Origin: Candidatus Bathyarchaeia archaeon
Lineage (GTDB): Archaea > Thermoproteota > Bathyarchaeia > Bathyarchaeales > Bathycorpusculaceae
Direction: 5' to 3'
DNA length: 64,000 nt
NCBI GenBank assembly: GCA_049512935.1
Contig: JBEKWR010000006.1
Coordinates: 64,001 to 128,000, forward strand
Part shown: positions 38,351 through 48,102 of the stretch, one piece after another
Position numbering within the stretch: the first letter of the stretch is position 1
How the letters are laid out: each line of letters starts with the position of its first letter
Notes under the pieces: generated by a model
The model's input: only the letters and a program-made list of their open reading frames with translations
What the model was told of the DNA's origin: nothing
Database searches by the model: none
Made by a program: the position numbers and the translations under genes

Positions 38351-39517
38351 GTGGAAGCTATGAAAATTTGCATGTATAGCCCTTTTTCATTCTCGATGGA
38401 ATCGAGTACCCATCGGTTGGTTTCTTTGGCTGAAGAGTTGGTGAAAAGAGGCAACGAAGTTTCAATAGTTTTGCCGAGTTTTGACAGACATTCAGGTTTT
38501 GAGAAACAAAAACTTGACTGTTTTCACGGCGTTCGCCTCGTTCAGCCGTACCAGCCCAAAATCCGTAAAGTTGAGCTATCAATGATGCCGTACATATTTT
38601 CATCTTTCGTGAAAGAATTTGGTGAAACCTACGATGTTGTACACATTCTTAAGCCTCTGCCCATTAATTGCGCTCCATATTTGATGAAGCCGTTGAAAAA
38701 CACGCCGATTGTTCAAGACATGGATGATTTGGAACATAACGTCCTGATTATGGAGAAACATCCATCATCAAGCGTTAAGCTCGCAGAGTACTGCGAAAGA
38801 GTCTTACCTAGACTTGCAGACCACATCACAACCTGCTCTTCATCTCTGAAAAAAATTTATGTTAACATGGGGTTTGACGAAGAAAGAATTACTTGGCTTC
38901 CAAACGGGGTTAAAACTTCAGAGTTTAATGTTTCTTCTCAATCTTCACTTAAAGTAAAATTTGGCTTGAAAGACAAAGTCGTTGTTTATTTGGGATGGAT
39001 GAACAATCGTTTTCAAGTTTACCCTCTAATCAGAGCGATGGAGTTGGTGACGAAGCAACGAAGCGACGTCTCATGCATGATTATTGGTGACGGCTCGGCT
39101 AGACCCTTTTTCGAGCAACTATCCAAAAATTTGCATTTATCAGACTACATAAAATTTGTGGGATATGTGCCCTACGCTGACGTACCCGAGTACCTCTCAA
39201 TATGCGACATCGGCTTTGCCTGCTGCCCCCAACCTCTTACAAGCACAGGCGGCGCGTTGAAAGTCTTCATGTACATGGCGTCGGGGATGCCTGTCATAGT
39301 CGATGAAGCAGGTGACTTGCCATACTACATAGATTACGGCAACGCAGGAATAGTATCAAGACTGGATCCAGTTAGCTTGTCGAAGTCGCTTCTTGAACTG
39401 GTTGGAAACGGCGAGTTAAGAAGGAAAAAAGGAGCACATGCAAAAGAGTATGTTAGGCAAAACTTTGATTGGGAAATTTTGACCGACAAATTAGTCAGCG
39501 TTTATGAGAGCTTATAA
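38351..39517 (+). CDS. GT4 glycosyltransferase
   Basis: LPNGV, GYVPY..VPEYL, LKVFMYMASGMPVI. Confidence 0.9.
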   Translation: MEAMKICMYSPFSFSMESSTHRLVSLAEELVKRGNEVSIVLPSFDRHSGFEKQKLDCFHGVRLVQPYQPKIRKVELSMMPYIFSSFVKEFGETYDVVHILKPLPINCAPYLMKPLKNTPIVQDMDDLEHNVLIMEKHPSSSVKLAEYCERVLPRLADHITTCSSSLKKIYVNMGFDEERITWLPNGVKTSEFNVSSQSSLKVKFGLKDKVVVYLGWMNNRFQVYPLIRAMELVTKQRSDVSCMIIGDGSARPFFEQLSKNLHLSDYIKFVGYVPYADVPEYLSICDIGFACCPQPLTSTGGALKVFMYMASGMPVIVDEAGDLPYYIDYGNAGIVSRLDPVSLSKSLLELVGNGELRRKKGAHAKEYVRQNFDWEILTDKLVSVYESL

Positions 39518-39543
39518 TTCGTCTGTTTCGTAAAAAGCTCAAA

Positions 39544-40713
39544 ATGATTCAGAGGGCGAGAACGATCCGAATTGCGATAGTTTCACCAAACGCGCCACCT
39601 CTTAATGTTTTCAAGGGACTTCTCGGCGGAGGCGAAACCTTTGCGGTGAGCATAGCCCGCCAATTGGCTGACTTGAAACATGAAGTCACATTTCTAACCG
39701 TATCCAAGAATTCTGGCAGTTATTACGTCAACGAAAAATTGAATTTTAGATACATGAAGAGCAGCGTTTGGTCAACGGGAAAAGATGACATTAGTTCCCT
39801 TCAAATATTTCAAGATTTAAAGAAATACGATGTTGTTCACGTGCAACAGTTATGCATGAGTCTGACTCTTTCAGCTTGTTTTGCTTCAAAGATGCAGAAA
39901 ATTCCTACTTTTTTAACGGATCATGCTGGTGGTTCCCTTTTTCTTTATGCAATGCCTCAGTTTTGTGCAAAATTTCCCAATTACTTCCTGCCTATTTCTG
40001 AGTATTCTTCAAGATGGCTGCAGAGTCTTTCTCCTTCCACGAAGTCAACTGTTGTTTATGGCGGAGTAAACCCCGAAGTATTTCATCCCAACTACGATTA
40101 TTCAGACATTAACAAAAGGCTTGATCTGGATGGTTACCGCGTCATCTTGTTCGTTGGCAGAGTTGCGCCCCACAAAGGGATTGAAGTGCTGATTAAGGCT
40201 TTTCGTTACCTGCCTCCGAAATCAAAGTTATTAATTGTCGGTCCGATTCGAGATTCACGATACATGGCGTTTTTACAAGAAACCGCAAAGAAATTTTGTC
40301 CCGGACGAATGCTCGTTTTAGGTGCGGTTCCAGAAGAAGACCTACCAAAATACTACAACGCCTGCGACGTCTTCGTGCTGCCTTCAGTTTATACAGATTA
40401 TCTCGGGCATTACCACCGTTTTCCAGAACTGCTTGGATTGGTCAAGTTTGAGGCAATGGCATGTTCAAAACCCGTGATAGTGTCTAATGTTGGAGGCTTG
40501 CCAGAGCAGGTAATAAATGGAGAAAACGGCTTCGTCGTTGCTTCAGGAAACGAAGAACAATTGGCTTATGCAATAAACAAGGTTCTAGCCGACGATAAAC
40601 ACAAAAGAAGAATGGGGGCTAACGGGTTGAGACTTGTCCAAGAAAAGTTCACTTGGAAAATGACTGCTAAAAGAATCCTCCATTCTTACGAGTCAGCGCT
40701 AAAAAGCGGGTAA
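39544..40713 (+). CDS. GT4 glycosyltransferase
   Basis: FVGRVAPHKG; ELLGLVKFEAMACSKPVI. Confidence 0.92.
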   Translation: MIQRARTIRIAIVSPNAPPLNVFKGLLGGGETFAVSIARQLADLKHEVTFLTVSKNSGSYYVNEKLNFRYMKSSVWSTGKDDISSLQIFQDLKKYDVVHVQQLCMSLTLSACFASKMQKIPTFLTDHAGGSLFLYAMPQFCAKFPNYFLPISEYSSRWLQSLSPSTKSTVVYGGVNPEVFHPNYDYSDINKRLDLDGYRVILFVGRVAPHKGIEVLIKAFRYLPPKSKLLIVGPIRDSRYMAFLQETAKKFCPGRMLVLGAVPEEDLPKYYNACDVFVLPSVYTDYLGHYHRFPELLGLVKFEAMACSKPVIVSNVGGLPEQVINGENGFVVASGNEEQLAYAINKVLADDKHKRRMGANGLRLVQEKFTWKMTAKRILHSYESALKSG

Positions 40714-40775
40714 AAATAAACTTCGACTATGGGCAGATTGCCTGTGTACTTGCTGCTTTTTGAATCCCCATAGTC

Positions 40776-43187
40776 TTACGGGCTAATTATTAGTACATCT
40801 GCTCCGCCCGTGAGCGTTACCTGCACATTGCTGAGGCTTGTTATGTTAATTTGTTGACCGCTGGATGCCCAAGTTGCTGCATGCGACCTATTTGAGCTGA
40901 GACCTAACCCTGTTAAGTTAAGCGTTAACGGCATGTTCTGACTGAAATTCTGCAAGTTCATTATCGAAACGCCAATCTTCCCATTTGCCAACGTAAAGAC
41001 CTTCAAATCAGCAAGCGAATTAGAACAACTAACCGGGCAATTTGAAGCCCAATATATTGCCCTGTTAAGCATCCCTCTGTCATCAACAATGGAGCTAGCC
41101 GATCCCCAGCAATTCCCGTAGACGAACCTCCCTGAACTGCCACTGTAGTATATTCCCAGTTCAAGCGAGCCATCACTGTATTTTACCAACGGAATCATTC
41201 CTGCCGTAGCGCCCATTGAGCCAGCATTGCTATAGCCTGAGTAGGCTTGACCGAAAGTGTTGCCTATTATCGCTTTGGCATACGAGTTGGTTACTTGGCT
41301 GCTAGACAGGGTTGTTGCGCTGGTAGATGAACCTAAATCACCAGTTAATTGGAGTGTGCTCATGCACTGAGCGTTGCCTTGCCCCATAAACATCGTGTTC
41401 GCAAAATTCGCTTGATAGCGTTCACTGCTGAAGATAACGTTCAAACTGCCTTTCGAATAGAGATTGAGCAGGCTTTGGTAGGCGTTTCCGCCGATTGTGC
41501 TTCCCGAATTTTCGCATGCGTCAAGAAAAACCGTGCCCATCCCAGACACGAAGTTGCTGCCCGTGTTGTTCAAGTTCACCGCATCGGTGTACTGTGCAAT
41601 CGTAAAGTTGACTGAAAACGGACCTGCAGAGTCAGGGTTCAGGTAAACGGGTTGAACATCAACTGGACCCAGCCACGACGGCGTTATCTGTCCGTTCAGA
41701 GTGTTTGCCATAGTGGTAACCCACGTAGCCATCGCCTGCCCGCTGTACGCTGAGTCACTCCAACTTGTACCCGACGGAGCCCAAACCAGAAGCCAATCGG
41801 GATCAACAGCCCTGTACTGGACGCCGTTGACCCAAACGTAGGTTTCAATCATCGACAAGTACATCTGCTTCCAAGCCCAAGTCGGCATAACTGAGGAGCC
41901 GCCGTAGGCTAACGGCAACCCGCAGATGCAGTGGGCGCTTGGATCTTTGTCCTTGACGAGGGCGGAAACGTAGGCTGAGTATCGTCCAAGCATGCTGAGG
42001 TCACCCCACCACTCGCAGTCAATGTAGTAGAGACTGAACGAGTTGTACTGCGCGAACATGGTCAGGTTCTCCATCCCCGTGGGATTGTTGATGCCGTTGT
42101 CAGCCCACGTGCTCGAAAGGTCTTGCGAGATTATGGTTCCAACGTAAAAGCTGCTGGGACGACTGTTAAATATCTGGTTTATTTGGGCGTACAGTTGGGC
42201 AAAACGCGTTTGCCAATACTGCCACCACTGCAGGTTATCGTTAGTTGTTATCCAACTGATTTTTTGAGAAGTCGTGTAGCTTGCCCAGTTCGACGGCAAC
42301 CCCACGGCGTAGCTTGAACTCGCCCACGAGGCTATGCTTTGACCATCACCGTAAAACCAATCTGACAAGCTGCCTGTTCCAATCAATCTTCCAAAAGGTT
42401 GATTCGTACTCCAAACCCAATACATTGCTTGATTTGTCAACCCATTCCACCCGTCGATGCCGAACCACCCGTCCCACTGGAAACTTCCATCTGAAATCAT
42501 CTGCGAAAGCCGCTGAACGTAAAGGGTCGCCAAGCACGCTCCCGCAGGGATGTTTCTTGCAGGGTCAGGAGTCGCGTAATCAGCCCAGAAGTTCACCATC
42601 ACCGTGCCAGGGTGCAGTTGATCGTACCTGACGCCGCTGCCTGAAACAGCTATAAGCTCAGGGTGCTGCAAAGTCAGATAATTGTAAATGTATGCGTCAC
42701 TTGTGGTCGGCGTGTTGCCTGGGGAGTAAATGACTTTCCAGCCGAGCCTGTGAAACTCGTCGATGACGGATTTTAACTGGGCGTAAGTTATTTTGCCGTA
42801 GGGTCCTTCCCAACTTTGACTCGCATTCCAACCCGTGTAGCTGATGACGCTAAGTATGCCGCTGGAATAATCAGTCATGATGATGCCTGTTCCCCAAGGG
42901 TGAGCGGCAACGTAAGCGTCAACGGCGCTAGGCGAAGTTAAGCTATCAATCCAGACGCAGCGAATCAAAAACTGCGGTTTGACGGATGCGGCTGGCGAAA
43001 CGCTCTGGCTTATGGCTCCGCTTGCCTGGACGAGGGTTTGGGTTTGTGAGGTGGCGGTGCTGACGTCTATGAAGCACGCTGCGGATAGGATGGCGATTAT
43101 TGCCAAGGCTGCGACTGTTCGGTTTTTCATTTTTGTAGGTTTCCCCGTTTTTGGGTAGCAGTTTTTTTTGGTGTCAGTCAGCGACAA
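40776..43187 (-). CDS. Large secreted protein, probable glycoside-hydrolase-like
   Basis: Signal peptide from ~MKNRTV; Trp/Tyr-rich barrel-like region (DGWFGIDGW, WWQYW); C-terminal beta-sandwich. Confidence 0.6.
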   Translation of the reverse strand: MSLTDTKKNCYPKTGKPTKMKNRTVAALAIIAILSAACFIDVSTATSQTQTLVQASGAISQSVSPAASVKPQFLIRCVWIDSLTSPSAVDAYVAAHPWGTGIIMTDYSSGILSVISYTGWNASQSWEGPYGKITYAQLKSVIDEFHRLGWKVIYSPGNTPTTSDAYIYNYLTLQHPELIAVSGSGVRYDQLHPGTVMVNFWADYATPDPARNIPAGACLATLYVQRLSQMISDGSFQWDGWFGIDGWNGLTNQAMYWVWSTNQPFGRLIGTGSLSDWFYGDGQSIASWASSSYAVGLPSNWASYTTSQKISWITTNDNLQWWQYWQTRFAQLYAQINQIFNSRPSSFYVGTIISQDLSSTWADNGINNPTGMENLTMFAQYNSFSLYYIDCEWWGDLSMLGRYSAYVSALVKDKDPSAHCICGLPLAYGGSSVMPTWAWKQMYLSMIETYVWVNGVQYRAVDPDWLLVWAPSGTSWSDSAYSGQAMATWVTTMANTLNGQITPSWLGPVDVQPVYLNPDSAGPFSVNFTIAQYTDAVNLNNTGSNFVSGMGTVFLDACENSGSTIGGNAYQSLLNLYSKGSLNVIFSSERYQANFANTMFMGQGNAQCMSTLQLTGDLGSSTSATTLSSSQVTNSYAKAIIGNTFGQAYSGYSNAGSMGATAGMIPLVKYSDGSLELGIYYSGSSGRFVYGNCWGSASSIVDDRGMLNRAIYWASNCPVSCSNSLADLKVFTLANGKIGVSIMNLQNFSQNMPLTLNLTGLGLSSNRSHAATWASSGQQINITSLSNVQVTLTGGADVLIISP

Positions 43188-43589
43188 ATGTCTGAAGAAT
43201 TACGATATAATAATAGTTACGAATCCAGAAACCACATCAGACCTCTGAACAACACAAATACATCAGCGCCCAGAAACCAGCATCGCCAAAACAAGCCGAA
43301 CCAAAACGAAAGCTTTCCAAACGCGCTCCTTTTCAGGCGTTCACCGTGCGCCGACGGACTCCACGGTTCCTACGGGTTTACGGCTTAAATGGGTTTGTTA
43401 GCTCGTCTGGTTCAACAAGAGGCGGCAGGTTGCTGCCTGCAAAGCCTAAGCCCCTTGGAACCGCGCCCAAACACGCAGCGCCGCGCCGAACGCAGCCACG
43501 ATTTTTCGGCAAATCAACCATGCGCCAGCGAAAGCCATGCCGCCAAACCCGCCCACAGTAAGAACCAAAAAGTCGCAACTTTCACCAAC

Positions 43590-43720
43590 CTTGTCAGCGC
43601 CAGCCCCACAGGAGCACAAGCAAACATTAACTTCTGGCTATTGAACGGGCTCTCACCAGCCGACGGAAACAGCGTTGCGGTAGTGATAAAAAGCTTCAAC
43701 TTTACCCCCCGCAACCTAGC
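43590..43720 (+). pseudogene. Orphan C-terminal relic resembling the end of GH16-like glycoside hydrolases
   Basis: ANINFWLLNGLSPADGNSVAVVIKSFNFTP with no matching N-terminal part. Confidence 0.35.
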
Positions 43721-43794
43721 CTTATTTAGCAGCGATTCGCTCAAGTCAGAAAAAGATGAGTTTATAGGTTCACCATCGCATTATTGTTCCATAC

Positions 43795-44100
43795 GTGGTT
43801 GGAATGGCTGAAAACGAGGCAATGGTAGAGAGAATTTCCAAAGTCTTAGGGGTTCCGCCGAAGGAACTTGTAAAAAAAGGATTAGAAGAGCTGCTTGAGG
43901 CGCAGTTAAGGGCTTGTTTTGCTGAAATAACTGAAATAAAGAACAGATACGACGTTAAAAGTGCCTCCGAGCTTGAGGGGAAAATTGCAAAAGGAAACGT
44001 CGACGAGCACCCAGCTTGGGAAGACCTGATCCTCTTAGAAAACTTGGAGGAACGCGCCAAGAAGATTAAAAAAGAGTCAGTGGCTCTCAAGCATGCCTAG
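43795..44100 (+). CDS. Small putative antitoxin paired with the DUF6516 gene
   Basis: ELEGKIAKGNVDEHPAWEDLI motif; overlaps downstream gene. Confidence 0.7.
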   Translation: MVGMAENEAMVERISKVLGVPPKELVKKGLEELLEAQLRACFAEITEIKNRYDVKSASELEGKIAKGNVDEHPAWEDLILLENLEERAKKIKKESVALKHA

Positions 44101-44494
44101 CGATTCTTTGGAAGAGCTGTTCAATCGCCTTATCGACCTCATTCTTTCGCAATTTTCAGACTATGGTTGTTGACGTTCAACTTCGTTTTAGTCCTTCGGG
44201 CTCAGTTGAAAGGCTGCGGATTTTCCTGATTGATGAGACTTTTATTGATGTCTGGCTATCATCGTCTGGAAAATACTCTTACCACTGGGAACAAAGACAC
44301 GTTAGGGGTCTAATACACGCCATGATAACGCACCGCACAGCAAATGGAAAAAGATCAAAACGTTCCCTAAACACTTTCACGAAGGCACAGAAGACAACGT
44401 CAAAGAAAGCAGTGTTCCCGACGACCCTACAGAAGCCATAAGCTACTTTCTAAGCTTCGCAAGAAAATTCCTAAAAAAACAAAACGCCAAATAA
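44093..44494 (+). pseudogene. DUF6516 (TumE-like) toxin gene with two compensating frameshifts
   Basis: MPSDSLEELF... then shifted LRIFLIDETFIDVW...YSYHWE then original frame RHDNAPH..W....TFPKHFH...TAA at 44492-44494. Confidence 0.75.
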
Positions 44495-44796
44495 CGTGGT
44501 CTCATCACGCTTGGGTCGCTTACCGCGTGGACAGCACACCTACAACATTAGCCCACGACCTCAACAGCAAAGTCGCAACCCGCAAAAACCTTCAAACCTC
44601 CCAAATTGGAAAACCAAAACCCAAGCAAAACCGAACCTGCCGCCGAAAAAACCCAAAGTCGCAACGCAAAAGCAGAAGCCAAGCCTAAACCAAGAAAGCA
44701 ACCAGAAACGCAAAGCGCCAAGGCGGAAAGTCGCAACTTTCACCAAGGCAAAAGTCGCAACTTAAAAACATCTAGAAAAAGCCAACCAAAAAAAAC

Positions 44797-45144
44797 TCAC
44801 ACTTTTCCAAACTGCTTCCTAAGCCTACGCACTTCCAACGCAAAATTCACAGGCCGCGCACACACAAGCTTCAATCCAAGCCTTTTACAAAGCAACTCAA
44901 GAATCGTCTCCTCAAGAATCGAAGCACCACCCAAAATCTGCCGACGCCCAAAACCAACAATGTTCCGCAACTCCTCAGAAAACAACTCAGGATTACAAGA
45001 AACCAAAGCCAAAGGCAAACCCCGCTTCTCCAAAAAATCCCGAATAATCTCCGCGTTAGTCTCACCCAAACAATAACGAATCGTATCATAAACAGCACCA
45101 GCTAAAACAGCATCAAAGTCAACCTGCTGCTTAACCAAACCCAA
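44797..45144 (-). CDS. Small conserved archaeal helical protein (DUF3227/NitrOD-like)
   Basis: LGETNAEIIRDFL...PELFSEELRNIVG...ILEETILELLC motif. Confidence 0.65.
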   Translation of the reverse strand: MGLVKQQVDFDAVLAGAVYDTIRYCLGETNAEIIRDFLEKRGLPLALVSCNPELFSEELRNIVGFGRRQILGGASILEETILELLCKRLGLKLVCARPVNFALEVRRLRKQFGKV

Positions 45145-45432
45145 CTCAGCACCCGCCTCGAAACCGAGTTTTAGACCTCACGCAATCCGACAGCGACACC
45201 GAACCAACATAGCCGAGAAAAACAATAAAAGAATTATGAAGCCCCAATACCAATCACAAATAAGCACGATTCACACAAGCCACAAAAAAACCAGAACCAC
45301 AAACCCAACCGCAAAAACCCCAAAAACGCCAAAACCAAACAGCCCAAAACCAAAAAAACACGCCCAAAACCCATCTTTCCATAAAAGTTAAATGCACAGC
45401 CACCGAAATAACCCTATAACACGGAAGGGTCT

Positions 45433-46389
45433 TTGTTGCCAAAACACCACACAAACCATAACCAAGCGCTAATAAAATTAGCACTTGCACTATTCCTCCT
45501 AACCCTACTAACATACGCAGCGTCCACAACGCCGAACACAAAAGCACAAACAACAGGCGACATATACCTAAGCCCAGCCTCAGGCCCCATAGGATCAACA
45601 GTCACCATCAGCGGAGACGGATTCACAGGATCAACAACCATCACATTCGGCGGAACCACCGTCGCAACCATCACAACCCAACCAAACCCCATCGACAACT
45701 ACCCATACCTATCCGGATATTTCACCGTGCCAAAATCCGCCACCTCAGGCACCAGCGCAACCGTCACCGCCACCGACGCATACGGCGATTCAGCCCAAGC
45801 CAGCTTCTCCGTCACATCAGGTTCAGCTTCCACGCCGACACCCAGTTCCTCCACGTCAGCCACGCCAACGCCCTACCAACAACAGTCAGGCTCATCAGGC
45901 TCAACCACGTCCTACACATTCGCGCCCACAGTGGCTCCAGTCCAAAGCAGCGGATTCTGGTCTCCACTAGCAATAGGCGCAGTCGTCGCCGTCATCGCAC
46001 TGATAATAATCATCTCATTGCTCTTCATGCGCACAAGCGGCGGCGGTAAACGAGAAAGAGAAAGGATGCTTGAAAGAGAGCCCATGCCTTACCGGTCAGC
46101 ACCATATGGCCAACCTACCCAGCCTACATCACCATACAATCCGCCCGCCTCTCAATACGGGCAGTCCACGTCAGGATACCAGTCCAGGTACAACAGGTAC
46201 TCATACGCGTCTCGGTACAGCCAATCCCCCTCAAACCAAAGTTACAGCAGACCCCCAGTTACGAGTCGGTACAGTCAACCTTCTTACGGCGCTCAACAAT
46301 CGGCGGCTGCCGGGAAAACGTGCCCTCACTGCCACCGGGCCGTCAAGGGAGACTACAAAATCTGCCCCTACTGCTACAAGAAGATTTAG
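45433..46389 (+). CDS. Surface Ig/IPT-like domain + TM + Tyr/Gln/Ser-rich tail + C-terminal double zinc ribbon
   Basis: LSPASGPIGSTVTISGDGF, S/T/P linker, TM helix, CPHC...CPYC. Confidence 0.8.
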   Translation: MLPKHHTNHNQALIKLALALFLLTLLTYAASTTPNTKAQTTGDIYLSPASGPIGSTVTISGDGFTGSTTITFGGTTVATITTQPNPIDNYPYLSGYFTVPKSATSGTSATVTATDAYGDSAQASFSVTSGSASTPTPSSSTSATPTPYQQQSGSSGSTTSYTFAPTVAPVQSSGFWSPLAIGAVVAVIALIIIISLLFMRTSGGGKRERERMLEREPMPYRSAPYGQPTQPTSPYNPPASQYGQSTSGYQSRYNRYSYASRYSQSPSNQSYSRPPVTSRYSQPSYGAQQSAAAGKTCPHCHRAVKGDYKICPYCYKKI

Positions 46390-46595
46390 CGGAAAAACAA
46401 GCCTTTGCCCTATTCGTTTTTTCCCTATTGATGCATGGGACACGCTGCGTTGCTAAGCAATGTTTTTTGCTTTGCGCCTTTCAATAGAAGAAAGATTTTA
46501 CAAGAGCTTACACTCCAGCGATCTACCAAGCGTAAGTTCCTTTTAGCATTCGAGGGAGCGTCGATAAGGCAGCTGGTAGGCAGGATACTGTTAAG

Positions 46596-47021
46596 TTATT
46601 TGTCATGGTCTGATTTTATTGGTTCTTCCTTCCTCAATAATTCGCTTGTAGTCATAATACCCAATATGATTAGAAAAAGTGTTACGGCAATTGCAACGCA
46701 AGTCAACGCAATCAACTCATTTAACAGAGAAAGAAGGAAATATAGACTCGCAAAAAACGTTGTAAAGCCAGCAAGAAGCATGCCCACTAAAAGGTTTGAG
46801 CCTCTGGCGTCTGAGGCAATGACACAGGATAATGCAGCAAAAGTGAGAAAAACAACGGAAAGTGAAAGTGAAAGGGTAAGATAAGTGACTACGCTTCCAT
46901 CGATAGTATTTTTGAACTGATACAAAAGTAAGATTGCAGCAAAGCAGATTCCAGCAATAAATGTGGTTATCCCAGTAATAATTGAACGATTTGCAAGAGT
47001 TTCGTCTTTGCTAAGAGGCAA
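46596..47021 (-). CDS. 4-TM hypothetical cargo protein; stop codon lies within the left TIR
   Basis: 141 aa, hydrophobic; TAA at 46596-46598. Confidence 0.7.
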   Translation of the reverse strand: MPLSKDETLANRSIITGITTFIAGICFAAILLLYQFKNTIDGSVVTYLTLSLSLSVVFLTFAALSCVIASDARGSNLLVGMLLAGFTTFFASLYFLLSLLNELIALTCVAIAVTLFLIILGIMTTSELLRKEEPIKSDHDK

Positions 47022-47132
47022 GGGTATTCACCGAAATCAGATACTGTTTATTTATCCTTACTGCTATTTCTGTTTTACAATAAAAGATTTTACTTAAAAA
47101 GAAAAAACAAAAAAAGGGAAAGGGGTTTTGAT

Positions 47133-47867
47133 TTAGCTTTTCGTCTCTGCTAGTGCTTCACTTGATTTAGTCGTGTCTACTGTTTTTTTCTTCTCTGCCA
47201 TGAAGTCTATAAATTTCTTGGCTAGGTCGTAAGCTCCTTGCTCAAATAATCCCTTAAGCAAGTCGCCAGAACTGAGAGTATATGGAGCAGTTTCAGTATA
47301 TTGAGGTGATTGACCTTGCTTTGGATTTGCTTCGGAAGTGTTTATTTGGAGTGACTCTTGCATTTGATTAGCCTCATTTTGAGTTCCTTTTAACGAATTA
47401 AGGTAATGTATATCATCCAAATAATCGTTTCTGACCTTTTGCGAGATTTTTTTTGCGTCGTCAGGTACTATTTCAGCAATTTGCTTTAAGTCTACCCAAA
47501 AATCCACATCGGGCAGTTCTACATTCTTACTTGTATATTTCTCGTAAAATATCTTCCATAAAGGGATATTTACGATAGCTTCTTTGACAGCGCTAAAAGG
47601 GTCGTCTGCCTTTGTTGGATGAGCTATTCTTGCGCCAAGTTCCGATACTTGAACAAATCCTCTTCCAACAATTAAGCCATAAACTCTCATTGCTGCTATT
47701 TTGCTTAAATAGCCTCCAGTTATGCCTGTGTGCCCTAGGAATACAGCCAACATTTTTTTGTCGTCTATTGGATTAGTTCCAAATTTTCCCCACATCTTTT
47801 GCAGGTTATCGATTAGAGTAGGCTGGAGTCGCCAATCGGGGTATTCAAATTTCGTTCCTACTTTCAT
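47133..47867 (-). CDS. Winged-helix hypothetical cargo protein
   Basis: YP...LGH..GG....IAAMRVYGLI...VSELGARI...EAIVNIPLW pattern. Confidence 0.65.
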   Translation of the reverse strand: MKVGTKFEYPDWRLQPTLIDNLQKMWGKFGTNPIDDKKMLAVFLGHTGITGGYLSKIAAMRVYGLIVGRGFVQVSELGARIAHPTKADDPFSAVKEAIVNIPLWKIFYEKYTSKNVELPDVDFWVDLKQIAEIVPDDAKKISQKVRNDYLDDIHYLNSLKGTQNEANQMQESLQINTSEANPKQGQSPQYTETAPYTLSSGDLLKGLFEQGAYDLAKKFIDFMAEKKKTVDTTKSSEALAETKS

Positions 47868-47975
47868 TTTTACACACGCAACAAATAATACAATATAGAT
47901 GTAAAATTTAAAGGTTGCGCAATTCTACAAGATTTAGGAATGCTTATATTTAACTGTGTAGTAATTCCTATTTCA

Positions 47976-48092
47976 GGAGTAGTGAGAGGGTAGCGGTCTG
48001 GAAAGACTGACCACGCGAATAATATTGCGACACAAGCTTGGTGCAAACAGGCTTGTGAAAAAGGCGTGGATGCCTCTACCCTCTGCTGCTCT
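47976..48092 (+). ncRNA. Candidate 117-nt multi-stem RNA inside the transposon
   Basis: Stems AGAGGGTAG/CTACCCTCT, CGGTCT-GGAA-AGACTG, CCACGC/GCGTGG, CACAAGCTTG/CAGGCTTGTG; wobbles are G.U on +; TATA-like TTATATTTA at 47944-47952. Confidence 0.65.
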
Positions 48093-48102
48093 CGGATTGT
48101 CG

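Larger units (their letters stand above)
43569..44761 (+). repeat. Five AAAGTCGCAAC copies, two extended to a 20-bp direct repeat
   Basis: Copies at 43569, 44569, 44655, 44727, 44751; AAAGTCGCAACTTTCACCAA at 43569-43588 and 44727-44746. Confidence 0.8.

Noticed and set aside
43569-44761. CRISPR array
   Set aside because: Repeats are only 11-20 bp with irregular spacing and there are no cas genes; no CRISPR array was seen anywhere in the window
47976-48092. Hammerhead ribozyme or second 5S rRNA
   Set aside because: No CUGANGA core and no 5S CCGAAC motif
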